Below are positions 4,789 to 5,168 of a stretch of DNA of 5,168 nt, one piece after another. The notes under the pieces are model-generated. The model was not told the DNA's origin, did no database searches, and worked only from the letters and a program-made list of their open reading frames with translations. The position numbers and the translations under genes were made by a program. This stretch comes from a virus: IMG/VR virus record IMGVR_UViG_3300045988_013078, positions 1 through 5,168 of that record; one strand, written 5' to 3'. Numbering within the stretch: the first letter of the stretch is position 1; the number at the start of each line of letters is the position of its first letter.

Positions 4789-5168
4789 ATGATACATCGC
4801 TTTAGTAATGTACCGGAAGCTAATATTCAGCGTAGCCGTATCAATCGTAGCTTTACTTATAAAACTACTTGTTCCGAGGGATATCTTATTCCCTTTTACA
4901 ATGATATCATGTATCCTGGTGATACCTTTATCGGTCGTGCGACTATCTTTGGTCGTATGGCAACGCCTGTGTTTCCTATCATGGATAATCTTTTTGTAGA
5001 TACTTTTTACTTTGGTGTTCCATGGCGTCTTGTTTGGGATAAATTCCAAGAGTTCATGGGAGAAGTCAATCGTTCCGGTGAAATTACTACTTACGAGATC
5101 CCTCACCGTACAGTGGTTACTGCATATGAAGCAAATTCTCTTGAAGATTATTTTGGACTTCCGACTAA
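4789..5168 (+). CDS. VP1: Major capsid protein VP1, 5' portion (runs off the window end and continues at base 2)
   Basis: ATG 4789 opens MIHRFSNVPEANIQRSRINRSFTYKTTCSEGYLIPFYNDIMYPGDTFIGRATIFGRMATPVFPIMDNLFVDTFYFGVPWRLVWDKFQEFMGE. The FS.VP, PGDTF, P..PIMDN and F.VPWRL.W motifs are characteristic of microvirus capsid N-termini. An alternative in-frame TTG at 4777 lies 10 nt after AAGGA (4762-4766). Confidence 0.93.
   Translation, partial: MIHRFSNVPEANIQRSRINRSFTYKTTCSEGYLIPFYNDIMYPGDTFIGRATIFGRMATPVFPIMDNLFVDTFYFGVPWRLVWDKFQEFMGEVNRSGEITTYEIPHRTVVTAYEANSLEDYFGLPT
5028..5168. repeat. Terminal overlap copy 2 (identical to 1-141)
   Basis: Same comparison as copy 1. A length of 141 nt matches a de Bruijn k-mer overlap (MEGAHIT default maximum k is 141), which suggests an assembly signature of circularity rather than a biological repeat. 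Confidence 0.97.

Larger units (their letters stand above)
1..5027 (+). other. One full unit of a circular ssDNA Microviridae (Gokushovirinae-like) genome, 5,027 nt
   Basis: Bases 1-141 equal 5028-5168 exactly, and the VP1 reading frame continues in frame across the junction. The gene set VP1/VP2/VP4/VP5/VP3 plus a small basic peptide lies entirely on one strand, and the coding strand is T-rich. The size is typical of gokushoviruses. Confidence 0.9.

Noticed and set aside
4808-4999. 63-aa hydrophobic + strand ORF inside the VP1 5' region
   Set aside because: It is a +1 shadow frame of VP1 with no SD-like sequence upstream, so a compositional artefact is the simplest explanation.
212-5106. 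Minus-strand ORFs from the track (212-505, 701-991, 1467-1661, 2652-2870, 4783-5106)
   Set aside because: Each lies fully antisense to a well-supported + strand gene, and I noted no SD box or recognisable motif for any of them. Their Ile/Thr/Arg/Ser/Lys/Asn-rich composition simply mirrors the T-rich sense strand. Microviridae encode all known genes on one strand.

Overview
The window is one complete, circularly permuted genome of a small ssDNA phage of the family Microviridae, with Gokushovirinae-like gene content and order. It carries a 141-nt terminal overlap: bases 1-141 are identical to 5028-5168, so the unit length is 5,027 nt. All credible genes are on the + strand. They are VP1 major capsid (starts at 4789, wraps over the junction, ends at 1336; 524 aa), VP2 pilot/minor capsid (1341-2135) and VP4 HUH replication initiator (2208-3191). 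A roughly 420-nt ORFan segment follows, with two unrecognised small ORFs (3163-3327, 3329-3586). After it come VP5 (3611-3919), a 26-aa single-transmembrane peptide (3992-4072), a 39-aa arginine/lysine-rich J/ORF8-like DNA-binding peptide (4091-4210) and VP3 internal scaffold (4207-4653). Family assignments rest on motifs I recognise from memory (HUH and YxxxY Rep motifs, VP1 N-terminal motifs, the RGGxRL tail of the basic peptide). No database search was run. Most genes have an AAGGAG-type Shine-Dalgarno box about 9-10 nt upstream of the start. Codon third positions are strongly T-biased, which produces hydrophobic, stop-poor shadow ORFs in the +1 frame of every real gene. The parts worth a second look are the ORFan module with a GC-rich island between VP4 and VP5, and the tiny transmembrane peptide, a possible lysis candidate in a subfamily where I know of no established dedicated lysis gene. 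Others are SD-preceded +1 ORFs embedded in VP4, an overlapping terminator/promoter after VP5, and twin hairpins in the VP3-VP1 intergenic region. No tRNA, rRNA, CRISPR array, integrase or convincing XerCD/dif site was seen.
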